Of a stretch of 64,000 bases of DNA, positions 18,774 through 29,436 are shown piece after piece. The notes under the pieces are model-generated. The model ran no database searches. It was not told where the DNA came from and saw nothing but the letters and a program-made list of their open reading frames with translations. Location of the stretch: sequence record DRR723986_1326, one strand, 5' to 3'. The position numbers and the translations under genes are program-made. The first letter of the stretch is position 1; every line of letters begins with the position of its first letter.

Positions 18774-19943
18774 TTACTCTGGCGAAAGATCGTCAATCCG
18801 ACGGACATTCGAGAGCCAGTTCTGGATCTCATGCCCATACTCACTCGCGAGATCACCAAACACGAGTTGACGATGAAACTCGGCCGCCCCGTCACCACGC
18901 AATTCAGCAGCCTCAGCACTAGGGAATCGCCTGGCGGGATCAGTGGCGACAAACTTCTCACACAGATTCATCAAATGGTTATTTCGGGTAACCTCATCAG
19001 GCAAGATCTTGCGAAGCTTCTTGGGCAAGGCCCGCTTGGCTTCCAACAACTCCTGGTATGTCGCTGAGCTGTCAAAGCAGGGACGCCCGGCAAGCATCTC
19101 AATCATCACATAGCCAAGACTCGCCAAATCACTCTGCGGCGTACAACTAGCACCTTCCAGAATCTCTGGAGCTGCATACGGGGGCGTACACGTCCGATGA
19201 CTGGGCGGATTCTCGGTTTCAAACGCACTTCCCATGTCGATCAACTTCGCGTGGCCGGTCCGCTTCAGCATAATGTTCGCTGGTTTGATATCGCCGTGGA
19301 CGATCCCTTCTTTGTGAAGTGCCGCCAGGGCTGCCAAGCACTCGCGAATGATCGCAACGGCTATCCCAGCTTTGAACCGACACTGCTCCGGACCAATCGT
19401 CACCACAACGTTGTTGATGTACTGCCAATCGGAGGCCGTCGACAGCTTCCGGAGCTTCTTTAGTCGGTCATTGCACATCAACTGCCGAATGTCGTACCCA
19501 TCGATCCACTCCATCACCATGATGCGGATCTGATCCCGATCGACGAAGTCCTGAACATCCAGCAGATTATCGTGCTGGATAGTCGCAACTCGCGAAGAGA
19601 CGCGCGCGACCCTTTCCATTGCAGCTCGGTAAGAAACCTGAGTTGTGAAGCGTTCCGGCGAGAATACCTTCATCGCGACCGGCTGGGTAAAACCGTCCGC
19701 CCCGCGTCGCTGACTTAAGTAGACGACCCCCTGTCCGCCGCTGCCGAGCTGTCGCTCGAAACGGTGGTAAGTGGTCCACTGAACTTTCTGTTTTTCCAGT
19801 AGCTTTGAATACCGCTCCAACAACGGATTCGGCTGCCTAGGCTTTTCCGGTTCGACGAATGCACGCGTTCTGCCTTCGTCGGTCAAGGTTGTAGTGTGCA
19901 TGAAATCCCTAAGTCCAAAAGACCATCCTTGAAGCCATCCCAC
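18774..19943 (-). CDS. Soluble Ser/Thr protein kinase (non-RD); start possibly ATG 19901
   Basis: GSGGQGVV, VAMK, HGDIKPAN, DMG, APE. Confidence 0.9.
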   Translation of the reverse strand: MGWLQGWSFGLRDFMHTTTLTDEGRTRAFVEPEKPRQPNPLLERYSKLLEKQKVQWTTYHRFERQLGSGGQGVVYLSQRRGADGFTQPVAMKVFSPERFTTQVSYRAAMERVARVSSRVATIQHDNLLDVQDFVDRDQIRIMVMEWIDGYDIRQLMCNDRLKKLRKLSTASDWQYINNVVVTIGPEQCRFKAGIAVAIIRECLAALAALHKEGIVHGDIKPANIMLKRTGHAKLIDMGSAFETENPPSHRTCTPPYAAPEILEGASCTPQSDLASLGYVMIEMLAGRPCFDSSATYQELLEAKRALPKKLRKILPDEVTRNNHLMNLCEKFVATDPARRFPSAEAAELRGDGAAEFHRQLVFGDLASEYGHEIQNWLSNVRRIDDLSPE

Positions 19944-20153
19944 CTGCGACCATCACTTAGCGCAGTTGCGTCATTGGCGCGTCAGCCACCACAACTCTTA
20001 CTGGCCCCGCATACCGTTACCCGCCATTATTGCCGAAGGCTGGGGTTGATGTCAGAAGATTTTTCAATATTGCTCACGAAGTCGCGGACCAACGCGGAAA
20101 TTCCAGGAGCCCAACGTTGGCGAACAACCGCCGAAAGCATGCAAAAATCTCCG

Positions 20154-21167
20154 CTAACCTCGGATCTCGGCTTGCCACTCTGGTTGATTTGCGGCCATCA
20201 CGCTCGGATGCGGGAAACCACGACTTTTATCAACGACGTTCCACAAAGGTTGACCAGCCGCATGCCGTTTCAGGTTTACGATTGCAAATCGCGTTGAATC
20301 ATCAACACGCCGCGCGGACTGAGCACCGACATGAGGAGTGATGATCACGTTGGGTAGATTCCACAATTCGCTATCCACCGGAAGCGGCTCTTCGTAAGTG
20401 ACATCGACACCTGCAGCCGCCAAATGACCACTCTTGAGCGCTTCGATCAGGGCTGGTTCGTCAACAACCTGCCCGCGGGCGACGTTGATAAAGTAGCTCC
20501 CGCCAGGCATCGCAGCAAATACATCTTTTCCGACTAGATTTTTCGTCGATGGGTTCAGGGGAAGAGCCAGGACAAGAATATCGCTCCGAGCCGCCAATTC
20601 GCCAATTTGATCTGCCGGCAGCAGTCGATCAACACACTCCGGCTTCTGCACCGGATAAAAATCGGTTGCCCAGATCTCCGTATCGAAGTGCGAGAACAAC
20701 AGGGCCAGCCGTCGACCATTGCCACCCAGCCCAACGATACCGATCCGTTTTCCGTGCAGGTCATCAGTGGGACGCCTGACAAACTCTTTCGAAATGGTCT
20801 GCCGAAAAAAAGTTGGCAAACTCCGCAGCAGACCAAAAGTGAGCGCAAGCGTTTGTTCGGCCACCTGATTCGCGAACAGGCCACTTGCACTACAGACCTC
20901 GATGTTTTCGTCCGCGACCACACTTGGCACAAGACAATGATCGAGCCCCGCTGCCGAACTCTGAATCAGCCTCAAGCGTCCCTGACGAACGACAGCCTCC
21001 CAGTCCACTGGCACCTTGGCGTGCCCGACAAATATGTCAGCGTCAAAGATAGCTTCGCCAATGCCATCCTGACCCGCATTGATGATATTGCATTCCGGGA
21101 ACGCCGACTCGTAAGCGGCCAGATGACGATCCTCGACCGGGTAACATAAAACGATATTAGATTGCAC
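20154..21167 (-). CDS. D-2-hydroxyacid dehydrogenase (NAD-binding)
   Basis: GIVGLGGNG Rossmann motif, INVARGQVVDE, DVTYEEPLP, ITPHVG. Confidence 0.92.
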   Translation of the reverse strand: MQSNIVLCYPVEDRHLAAYESAFPECNIINAGQDGIGEAIFDADIFVGHAKVPVDWEAVVRQGRLRLIQSSAAGLDHCLVPSVVADENIEVCSASGLFANQVAEQTLALTFGLLRSLPTFFRQTISKEFVRRPTDDLHGKRIGIVGLGGNGRRLALLFSHFDTEIWATDFYPVQKPECVDRLLPADQIGELAARSDILVLALPLNPSTKNLVGKDVFAAMPGGSYFINVARGQVVDEPALIEALKSGHLAAAGVDVTYEEPLPVDSELWNLPNVIITPHVGAQSARRVDDSTRFAIVNLKRHAAGQPLWNVVDKSRGFPHPSVMAANQPEWQAEIRG

Positions 21168-21220
21168 GATTGATAACCGAGATGATGAATTCTTGAGTAG
21201 AAGAGAAAACGCAGGAGCGA

Positions 21221-24200
21221 TTACTTCGGTATTGATCTCATTGTGTAGTGGGCCTGGTTGGGGAACAGCGGCTGTTCGGCGCCAAAATCAATGTTAATTT
21301 CGTACACGAACCCTTCGCGAAGCTCAGGCAGATCAAGCGTAACTGACTGTACACCATCGGCAACATTTACGCTTGCGATCTGCTCCTGTCGAATATCCTG
21401 GTCGTCGCCACCGTAGGCAGGCGTTGCGATCTTTCGGTACGAGCGAATCGAGTAATTCGCCCTGTCGGAAGCCAATCTTGCTGGCACCGCTTGAGTGAAC
21501 ACAATGTCGAATCCGCCAGACGTTGCCTTCACTTCGGCAATACCCAGCTCGAACGCTCCCGCGCGGCTCAATCGAACAATTGAACCAGTGTTTTGACCAC
21601 CGCCCCAACCGCTGTCGTGCAAGTTCCCGACGTAGATTTCACCATCCGGCGAAACCTCACAGACAATCGGCCCTTCAAAGTCTTCGCCATCAGTCACTGG
21701 TCGACTAAACATATAGGCCGCGCCCTGGTACGTATCGCCCACTCTCTGCAGGCTCATTCGCACCAATGACCGCCCGTTCATCTCACAGCCCAACAAGTGC
21801 CCTTCAAACGGCCCAAAGTGATCGGCGACACCAACCAACGAACTTGGCGTATCAAGAAAGCAAATCCCGTTTACGCTGCGTGTCCACGGATGCGGCAAAT
21901 TGATCGCTGGCGATTCGCAAGCTGGCGAGAAACCGTCACGATTCTCCAACTTATTGATAAAACCGTAGCGTTTGCCTTTACGAAGGTGGTTTAGCTCATT
22001 GAACGGGTTGTAGTTCCCTTGGTTGTCGGTCGTGAAAAGATCTCCGGTTCTCCCGAGAGCTATACCCATAGGGAATCTCAGGCCGGCCGAGATCTCTTCG
22101 ACGATGTAGCTGCGGCGACCAGCCTGGCTGGATGGAGACAACTTCAGAGCGGTTCCACGACGTCGCGCGGCCTCTGGCGATCGATCATCTTGTTGGCACG
22201 GAAGAGCGATGTAGTAGCTGCCTGACGCATCGCGTTCCAAACCAACGGCCCAATCGTGATAGTCATGAGAGTAGCCCCAGTCATCGGCTAGAACGGTCTG
22301 CGAACGAAACTTTCCGTCGGAGAAATCCGACAGACGAATCAAGGCGAATTTGGTTAGCACGTCGATGTAATCGTCGCCGGCCCAGATTCCATAAGGGGTC
22401 GGGAAATTGGCACTAACAGAGCGATAACTGTCTTCCGCACCATCACCATCAACATCGATGGCCTTGAGGACTCCGCCCTTCAGCGATCCAACGTACAGCT
22501 CGCCCGAGGGTGCCCAAGCCAGCGAGATGGGCATCTCATCGATGGGAAGCGGCATTTGTTCTGCTTTGAAGCCTGGCACATCGGCAACTTCGAGCCGTTC
22601 TCTGGCTTGCGGCGCGAGATCCGGCTCATGGAACGAATCCGAGGGCAGGCTACTTCTAAACTCTGCATCGAACTGCCACCGTGGCCCAGCAGCGTTACTT
22701 TCCCCGGAACTTGGACCGACTTCGATTGTCCCGTCGCTTTTCATGGCGACACCACGCAGCCGCACAGTTGCAAGTACTTGCTGCCGGCTATCCTTGGCTA
22801 GCACTGCTGCTACTGATCGGGGACCAACTCCGGCTTCGGCACCCGCTTCTGCGGTAAACACAGCGTGTCCGAGGCTCTGAACTTGGACAACCGATGCGTC
22901 TGGCAATCCATCAAAACGGACAGACGCATCGAAACCGTCCTGGGCCATTTCGATGCGGATGCGAACACGACACTGCAATGATGCTGATTCGCCACCGTCG
23001 CCGGCAAGCTGCCGAAAATTTGCAACCCCTTGAATCAACACGCCATTCTTGATCTCGGTGATTCCATCCACCTCAATGGCGGTCTGCAATCGTGGTTGGA
23101 GCGCAAACGTCCGCCCATCCGCCAGACGCACCGCATACCCCAACATGTGGCGTGCGAGATCGGCGGTAGCTTCTGGCTTTGCGGCCGCGCCGCTGGTGAT
23201 CTGGCTTCCGACAAGAAGCGCGTTGCCAGGCTGCCAGTACCAAGTCTTCCCGCGCGTGTATTGATGAGCCGCATCGCCGATCCACCACTGCGCAAAACCG
23301 CCCTTTTCCAGATCGAACAATACATTGTGTCGATTTGGCAGACCGACGACGATCGGTCGCAGGAACATACCTTGAGGCGTTTCAAATACATCGGTCAAGA
23401 TGCGCGTTGGCTCATCGATGCCCGGTAGATTCTGATTGCGAACAACCGATTCAGGGTTTGGCGGGGGCGGTGTGAAGCCAGGCGTATTGAGGGCGTTCCA
23501 AAGTGCATCAAGCTGCGTATCGAGCGATCCATCAAGCAAACCTCGCGCAGGCGTCTTGATCGCGGGCATTTCCATCCGAGGAATAATCCTCGCCGGCCCC
23601 CGCACCCAACGCTGAAACCAGCTTTCACGCATGCGCTTGTCCAGCATCGCAAGGTTTGGGCCGCGAGCTTTCAAGTCCACCTTCGGCGCTGGACTATTGC
23701 CAATCGCGTGGCAGCTCTGGCAACCAAACCCATTAGCTGTCACCAAGCGACCAGCGGCCAACATCGCCTGTGTACCTGTCAAATCGACCGAACGCGTAAC
23801 ATCAGGCGCCGCGTACTCCGGAATTCGATCTCCATCAATAAAGTGCTCCGCGAGAACGTGTGATTCATCTTCCCCTAGTTTGAACCTGGGCATTTGAACG
23901 CGCAGCCATTCTCGATGCTTGGGTTCCTTTCCAAGGATTGAGGATTCAATGGCTTCGCGATGCAGCTTGTCGCCAATGGCCGTCAACGAAGGAGGTGATA
24001 GAGCTGCAGCGAGCGCCGCCAGTTCGCCATGCTCGGCTGTAATCTGAGCCACTTGCCCGCGAATTCCCTCGGTAGCATTACGGCCATGGCACTGCAGACA
24101 GTTGTTCTCATGGAGAATTCTCTCCGCTGGTGCCTGAACCGGCTGACCAGCGTTATCAACGAAGAACGCTTTTAAGGCCGCGATGTCGTTCGCACCAAGC

Positions 24201-25633
24201 CCAAAGCTGACGGCCGTAGAGCGGTTGGATGTCGCCTTGGCTGAAGCCGAGCTAGGGCTCGCCAGACAGCCACCCTGCCATTGAGCGTCATTCTTGATCG
24301 GCTCCAAAGCAACACGTTCCACCGAAAGACTGCGAGGCAACTGATGACAGGCACCACAACGATGCTCACGAATCAACTCCGCACCTCGCTGAGCATTACC
24401 CTTCAAATTGGCGGCTTGTGGTTCCGACCCACGATCGCCGTTCAGCCCTTGTCCTCCCAAGTAGCTGGCGAGTGAATCGATGTCTTCCGCGTACAAATCG
24501 AAAACAGGCATGCGGTGATGAGGATTGATCTTTTCAGGCGAAGCCAGCCAGACCTCGAAGAAGAGCTCGGTTCGTTTGCGACCGATCCTCGACAGATCGC
24601 CCCCGTCGAACTCGGTAGCTTTGACGGGCCCAAGCTCTCCCATTTGATGGCATGCCAAACAACCCAGCGATGCAAACAGACCCTTTCCATCTAGCGCGAC
24701 AGACTCAGAGTCCTGACCACCTTTGGCAGGTTCCTTTCGTCCACGTTTCCGCTTCTTGATCGCCGGTGCAACGGGTTCAGACTGGCTGCCACTGAGAATG
24801 GCGGTAGCGATGTCCGCCGCATCTTTGCGACTCATTCCGAAATGCGGCATTCGCCTGTCAGCAACATCCGCGTCGCCTGAGGGCGTGGACGTGAGCAGAT
24901 CAATCATCCACTCGGTGCGAATCAAACCGCGCGTATGCGTCAAAGCGGGCGCTGACATTCCTTCCTCGGAGCCGAGCTGGCTGTGACAAGACGTACACCG
25001 AAGAGCGGTGGCAAGCGTCTCGCCACGCAGTACGTTGTCGCGAGAACTTTCTAGCTCCGTGGCATCGAATAGCTCCGTGTCGTGCCAGAGAATGCTGCTC
25101 GAAATCGGCTCGCGTTGGAAGCTGTCTCCTGACCAATACAGGCCGAATGTGCGATTCCTGTAGCCTGCGGGCGACGTAAACTTGATTTGGATGTCGCGAA
25201 GTCCACCCTTCAGTTCAACGGACTCGCCCGTCACCCAAGACGGTCGATCGGTCTGGGATGAAAGGACGATTGAGTCGTCGACACTTACTTCCACACGACC
25301 GTAAACAAAAGCATGAAACTGGACAGTCTTCGACCCACGATTCTGCAACAACCCTTCCCAGTCGAACTGAACTGCTGAGGCGGACTGCGAATTGCCAACT
25401 CTGGTTGCGGTAAGCCCGACGTTCAACTCGCTCGTCACCCGGCGGTGCTCGATGCCACTAGCGTCGGTATAGGTTTCAACCAGCCCCGCCGCAAATGGAT
25501 TGTCATCGTCTTGGGCCCATGCGCGTTGTAGACCGGTGCCCAAGCCGGCAGCGATAGCAAGTACGGGCATGACAAGTAAAGCTAGGCTCGATGAGAGCAA
25601 CTTAGTCTGGCAAGATACTTTTAGCAGGTGCAC
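21221..25633 (-). CDS. Large exported multiheme c-type cytochrome with PA14-like N-terminal domain and C-terminal beta-propeller (sorbosone dehydrogenase-like)
   Basis: Five CxxCH motifs (CTSCH, CLACH, CGACH, CLQCH, CQSCH) with downstream MP motifs; GLRFPMG..TDNQGNY propeller motifs; signal peptide. Confidence 0.85.
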   Translation of the reverse strand: MHLLKVSCQTKLLSSSLALLVMPVLAIAAGLGTGLQRAWAQDDDNPFAAGLVETYTDASGIEHRRVTSELNVGLTATRVGNSQSASAVQFDWEGLLQNRGSKTVQFHAFVYGRVEVSVDDSIVLSSQTDRPSWVTGESVELKGGLRDIQIKFTSPAGYRNRTFGLYWSGDSFQREPISSSILWHDTELFDATELESSRDNVLRGETLATALRCTSCHSQLGSEEGMSAPALTHTRGLIRTEWMIDLLTSTPSGDADVADRRMPHFGMSRKDAADIATAILSGSQSEPVAPAIKKRKRGRKEPAKGGQDSESVALDGKGLFASLGCLACHQMGELGPVKATEFDGGDLSRIGRKRTELFFEVWLASPEKINPHHRMPVFDLYAEDIDSLASYLGGQGLNGDRGSEPQAANLKGNAQRGAELIREHRCGACHQLPRSLSVERVALEPIKNDAQWQGGCLASPSSASAKATSNRSTAVSFGLGANDIAALKAFFVDNAGQPVQAPAERILHENNCLQCHGRNATEGIRGQVAQITAEHGELAALAAALSPPSLTAIGDKLHREAIESSILGKEPKHREWLRVQMPRFKLGEDESHVLAEHFIDGDRIPEYAAPDVTRSVDLTGTQAMLAAGRLVTANGFGCQSCHAIGNSPAPKVDLKARGPNLAMLDKRMRESWFQRWVRGPARIIPRMEMPAIKTPARGLLDGSLDTQLDALWNALNTPGFTPPPPNPESVVRNQNLPGIDEPTRILTDVFETPQGMFLRPIVVGLPNRHNVLFDLEKGGFAQWWIGDAAHQYTRGKTWYWQPGNALLVGSQITSGAAAKPEATADLARHMLGYAVRLADGRTFALQPRLQTAIEVDGITEIKNGVLIQGVANFRQLAGDGGESASLQCRVRIRIEMAQDGFDASVRFDGLPDASVVQVQSLGHAVFTAEAGAEAGVGPRSVAAVLAKDSRQQVLATVRLRGVAMKSDGTIEVGPSSGESNAAGPRWQFDAEFRSSLPSDSFHEPDLAPQARERLEVADVPGFKAEQMPLPIDEMPISLAWAPSGELYVGSLKGGVLKAIDVDGDGAEDSYRSVSANFPTPYGIWAGDDYIDVLTKFALIRLSDFSDGKFRSQTVLADDWGYSHDYHDWAVGLERDASGSYYIALPCQQDDRSPEAARRRGTALKLSPSSQAGRRSYIVEEISAGLRFPMGIALGRTGDLFTTDNQGNYNPFNELNHLRKGKRYGFINKLENRDGFSPACESPAINLPHPWTRSVNGICFLDTPSSLVGVADHFGPFEGHLLGCEMNGRSLVRMSLQRVGDTYQGAAYMFSRPVTDGEDFEGPIVCEVSPDGEIYVGNLHDSGWGGGQNTGSIVRLSRAGAFELGIAEVKATSGGFDIVFTQAVPARLASDRANYSIRSYRKIATPAYGGDDQDIRQEQIASVNVADGVQSVTLDLPELREGFVYEINIDFGAEQPLFPNQAHYTMRSIPK

Positions 25634-25712
25634 GTCAGTGTTGCCTTTGGAGCAGACGAAACTTAGGACTGAAGTGAAAGGCTATGCATAGAGCGCAGAT
25701 TTTCTGGAACGC

Positions 25713-26525
25713 CTAGTTCATCGCGGCAAGCATATTCTGCATGCTTTCGCGAGCGATACGCTCAATGCCAGGCGCGTAGTCAAAGACCTCGACGCTAACC
25801 CATCCAGAATAGTCCACATCTTTAAGCGCACCAAAAATTGGCTCAAAAGCGACGTCCCCCATACCGGGGCCAAGCAGATTAGGATCGTTGGCATGGAAGT
25901 GAACCATGTGCTTCGCGTTCTTGCGAATCACCGACTCGATCGGCTCTCCTTCTGTGCTCATTGCTTTTACGTCTAGATGCAACTGAATATGCTTGCAGGC
26001 TAGTTCCTCAATGACTTTGACGGTTTGGCTCGCGTGATTCCAATAGTTTCCTTCGCCTGGTCCCAACGGTTCAAGCGCCAGCGTAACGTTGCACTGCTCG
26101 AGTTTCGGCGCGACTTGTTCGAGAACCCAAGTTGCGTTTTCGTCCGCCTGCTGGTGCGTCATCGTCTCGGGGAAATTGCGTTGCTGGGGTGAACCGAGCA
26201 CCATAATGTCACCACCAAGGTCCTGGCATAACTGCGCGAGATCGGCAAGGTACGCGGCCGTACGAGACCGCGTTTCTTTGCAGTCGGTGGTCAGGTGGAA
26301 CCCTTCGGTCTTGGCGAGCAACCAGTGCAGACCCACGACCTCAATTCCACTGCCGCGAACTTGCTCACCCAGTTCACGACGCTTCGACGCGGAGATCTTC
26401 GTGGGAGCCTCGCCCAAGGTAAAAGGCGCAATTTCCCAGCCCGTATAGCCGCACTGAGCCGTCAGCTCCAGAGCTCGATCCCACGACCAATCCTGAAACA
26501 ACTCATTGCAAATTGCGAAACGCAT
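25713..26525 (-). CDS. Sugar phosphate isomerase/epimerase (xylose isomerase-like TIM barrel, D-tagatose 3-epimerase-like)
   Basis: LALEPL, LHLDVKAM, HFHAND, PGMG and VSVEVF metal-binding motifs. Confidence 0.88.
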   Translation of the reverse strand: MRFAICNELFQDWSWDRALELTAQCGYTGWEIAPFTLGEAPTKISASKRRELGEQVRGSGIEVVGLHWLLAKTEGFHLTTDCKETRSRTAAYLADLAQLCQDLGGDIMVLGSPQQRNFPETMTHQQADENATWVLEQVAPKLEQCNVTLALEPLGPGEGNYWNHASQTVKVIEELACKHIQLHLDVKAMSTEGEPIESVIRKNAKHMVHFHANDPNLLGPGMGDVAFEPIFGALKDVDYSGWVSVEVFDYAPGIERIARESMQNMLAAMN

Positions 26526-26945
26526 CGCTCACCTTTTCAATCGATTGTCAATTTTCAACTTTGCCCCACACGCTCAACTCCTAGCCCACCACCAGGACAG
26601 CCCGAGCACTGGGAGCTAACTCGGCGGTTCGGGCGGCCATTATGGCTAGAATCGGGTCGGGCTAATGTAACAGAAGTTCCACGGCTGGTCTCAGCCACTG
26701 GCTCACCGGTGCGATCGTAGTTGCCAACTGCATCGTTGCTGGGCAGTTGCGACGGCCCAAAGAGGCAGAGCTGCTGCGGGGTAAGATTCGAATTCCAACT
26801 CGTCCGAAAAACATGGCTCCTTGGGCGGAAGCTCTTGGCAGATAGAATAACGCCCTGACGGGGTTGAGAGCGGGTCGCTGGCTGATCGCAGATGCTCGTT
26901 GCCGCAAACTTTGATGGTACTTTGGGATAGGAATTCGCAAACGCA

Positions 26946-27563
26946 GTGGTAGACAACGACAAAGTAAAGGCAATAGATCTCTTTGACCGCGATGCCACCG
27001 CTCCGACCTGGTCGGAATTGGCTCCCAGCGGAAATGCAGAGCTGGAAATCGGGTCGGGCAAGGGGCTATTTTTGCAGTTGGCCGCTAAAGATAGGCCTGA
27101 ACATCGATTCGTTGGCATCGAGCTGGCTGCAAAGTTTGCCAACCGCGCGGCGCAGCGACTGGCCAAACACGGCCTCGACAATGCGACAATGCTGCGCGGT
27201 GATGCCGGTCGATTTGTTGCCGAAACCGTGCCTGACGAATCCGTCGTCGCTGTACATGTCTATTTCCCAGACCCTTGGTGGCGAAACAAGCACAAGAAAC
27301 GTCGCGTTCTGAACGAGGCAATGCTGGAGAACATCGTTCGCGTTCTGAAACCGGGTGGCGAGTTTCATTTCTGGACGGACGTTCTGGATTACTACGAACA
27401 CATTTGCGCCCTGGTCATGGACTCGACGCCTCTGTCGGGACCACAATACGTGCCATCAAGAATTGCTGGCCACAACATGGATTACACCACCCACTTTGAA
27501 CGCCGTGCGAGACTAAACGGACAGCCCGTCTATCGGTCGATCTTCCGCAAGGCAACGCAGTAG
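26946..27563 (+). CDS. trmB: tRNA (guanine-N7)-methyltransferase
   Basis: LEIGSGKG, FVGIE, YFPDPWWRNKHKKRR, TDVLDY, THFERR. Confidence 0.93.
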   Translation: MVDNDKVKAIDLFDRDATAPTWSELAPSGNAELEIGSGKGLFLQLAAKDRPEHRFVGIELAAKFANRAAQRLAKHGLDNATMLRGDAGRFVAETVPDESVVAVHVYFPDPWWRNKHKKRRVLNEAMLENIVRVLKPGGEFHFWTDVLDYYEHICALVMDSTPLSGPQYVPSRIAGHNMDYTTHFERRARLNGQPVYRSIFRKATQ

Positions 27564-27828
27564 AGACTCCTGAAGCGGACCACCATTCATAGCGACCACT
27601 CCGTAGCGGCTCCGACAGGACCGCAGAATAGCTGGCAGGGCAGGAGGGAGCAGCCGGGCGCTGACCGGTTTCGACCGCCGGAGGCAAAAATCGTTCCCAG
27701 CTAAGACTGATGCTAGCGTTTGGCCGCGAAGCGATATTGAGCTCAGGGCTTGGTTTTGCGACATTCTGGCGACCAAGGTGTCTCCCCAAGAGACCGCCTC
27801 CCGCTATCCCTGAGATTCTCGAACTCGA

Positions 27829-29235
27829 ATGTCCAAGCCAATCCAGTCACCTGAAAAGCTCCAGTTGACGTTTCGGGCACAGGCGCAACAGCCTGTACAG
27901 CCCGACAAACGTAGCTATTGGCCGCTATGGTGCTTGCTTGGTGCCATCATGGGTGTATCGGCTTGGTATCTTGGGCAGCACGTTCTAACGGAGCAACTTG
28001 GACATAAAGTAGCCGAGGCGGAAGAGCGCGACGATGCGTTGATCGCACTCGCTGGTCTGGCATCATTGGGCGACAGCGCGTTGGAACCGGTCGTCGAGAC
28101 CCTGACACACCAAGACGATAAGATTGCGCGGGCCGCTTTTCGGGTCCTCGACCAGCACATCACGAACTGGCAAACGAAACCGGACGAGGCTACCGAACAA
28201 TTCCTTACGCTAGCCGCGCTACTGGATGCACTTCCTGAACACACGCTACCAACGCGTCTGCAGCTTGCTAGCGGGCTTGCGACTCGAATCGTCGCTTACA
28301 CAGATACATCCGATAACGCGAGTCTTCAGCGAGCTAACACACTGGCTGTCGACTTCATCAGTCGCGCCGCCGATGCCCAATTCCAGCCAACAGAGGGACT
28401 GCTAGCGGCTAACCAGACCAGCAAGGTCGACACGCTAACCACCGGCCAGGCAAACGATCCACCCGCTCAAGTTCCACCGCCGCTATCGCAAAACCGGCTT
28501 GCCGCTTCACCTGCCATGCCTGCTCCTAGTGGCGTTGAGATGCAATTTGGCTCAACCCAATACACCGATCCAGAATCCATCGCGTCGACACCACCGCTTA
28601 CCGCAGAAGCGATCCCGCAACAGCCACGTGCTAGTTTTCAACTGGTGCCACGTTCGCAGATCGCTCCGCAGCTTGCTGGCGGTAGCATCGCGACTGGCGG
28701 GTCGGCCAGCACCAGGGTGCTTCAAGAAACGGGCAGCTACCAGTTAACCGACAACGCAAGCTTCTCCGGCACGCCAGAGAACGTGCGTCTGCAAAGCACG
28801 CCCATTCAGCGCATCACGAAAACCGTTGATCTGGCGGCCATCCCAAGCTACTCCGTTGACCAGCTCGTACGCCTGTTGGCCAGCACCCAACCGCAAGTAG
28901 CCCAGACTGCTGCCCTGGCCCTAAGAAACCAAGGCATGAATTCAGAAAGACTCGCTTTGGCAAGTCGTTTTGCAGTCGGATCGAGCGAAGACAAACTGGC
29001 ATTGATGCACGACATTGTTTCAGGCGATGAAGTCAACCCACGGCCCTGGCTGTTATGGATGGCTGAAGACCGAGATCCGGTGGTTCGCCGGCAGGCTGTT
29101 TCACTGCTCCACTCCATGGTAGATGAACGCGTAGAAAGCCAATTGCGAGACTTACTCTTCGTTGAATCAGACGCCGGTGTTGCCGACACGATCCGAAAGG
29201 TATTGGCGATGCGGTCCAGTACGCCACTTCGATAA
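27829..29235 (+). CDS. Membrane-anchored HEAT-repeat protein
   Basis: N-terminal TM; helical repeats such as EDRDPVVRRQAVSLL; Pro-rich linker. Confidence 0.75.
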   Translation: MSKPIQSPEKLQLTFRAQAQQPVQPDKRSYWPLWCLLGAIMGVSAWYLGQHVLTEQLGHKVAEAEERDDALIALAGLASLGDSALEPVVETLTHQDDKIARAAFRVLDQHITNWQTKPDEATEQFLTLAALLDALPEHTLPTRLQLASGLATRIVAYTDTSDNASLQRANTLAVDFISRAADAQFQPTEGLLAANQTSKVDTLTTGQANDPPAQVPPPLSQNRLAASPAMPAPSGVEMQFGSTQYTDPESIASTPPLTAEAIPQQPRASFQLVPRSQIAPQLAGGSIATGGSASTRVLQETGSYQLTDNASFSGTPENVRLQSTPIQRITKTVDLAAIPSYSVDQLVRLLASTQPQVAQTAALALRNQGMNSERLALASRFAVGSSEDKLALMHDIVSGDEVNPRPWLLWMAEDRDPVVRRQAVSLLHSMVDERVESQLRDLLFVESDAGVADTIRKVLAMRSSTPLR

Positions 29236-29321
29236 CCGCCAACTTTCGGCGCTCACCCCCGCGAAGCACTAACGCAAGTAGCATCAACAGAGAAGATACC
29301 ACCGAGAAGACTCCAAAACGA

Positions 29322-29355
29322 AAGGCCTCATCAGGAACTAACCTGCTGAGGCCTT
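29322..29355. terminator. Bidirectional terminator-like hairpin between convergent genes
   Basis: AAGGCCTCAtCAGG-AACTAA-CCTGcTGAGGCCTT, with an A-run on the left and TTGT on the right. Confidence 0.7.
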
Positions 29356-29436
29356 GTCTATTTAGTTGCGCTGCTGAACTTCGAACGGGTCGTCTAATCG
29401 AGACTCATTGCGATCCCTTGAGCCTGAGCTCATGCA

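Noticed and set aside
26555-26945. Structured RNA or ORF upstream of trmB
   Set aside because: No tRNA, riboswitch or convincing long stem recognised; the 208-aa minus ORF overlaps trmB antisense.
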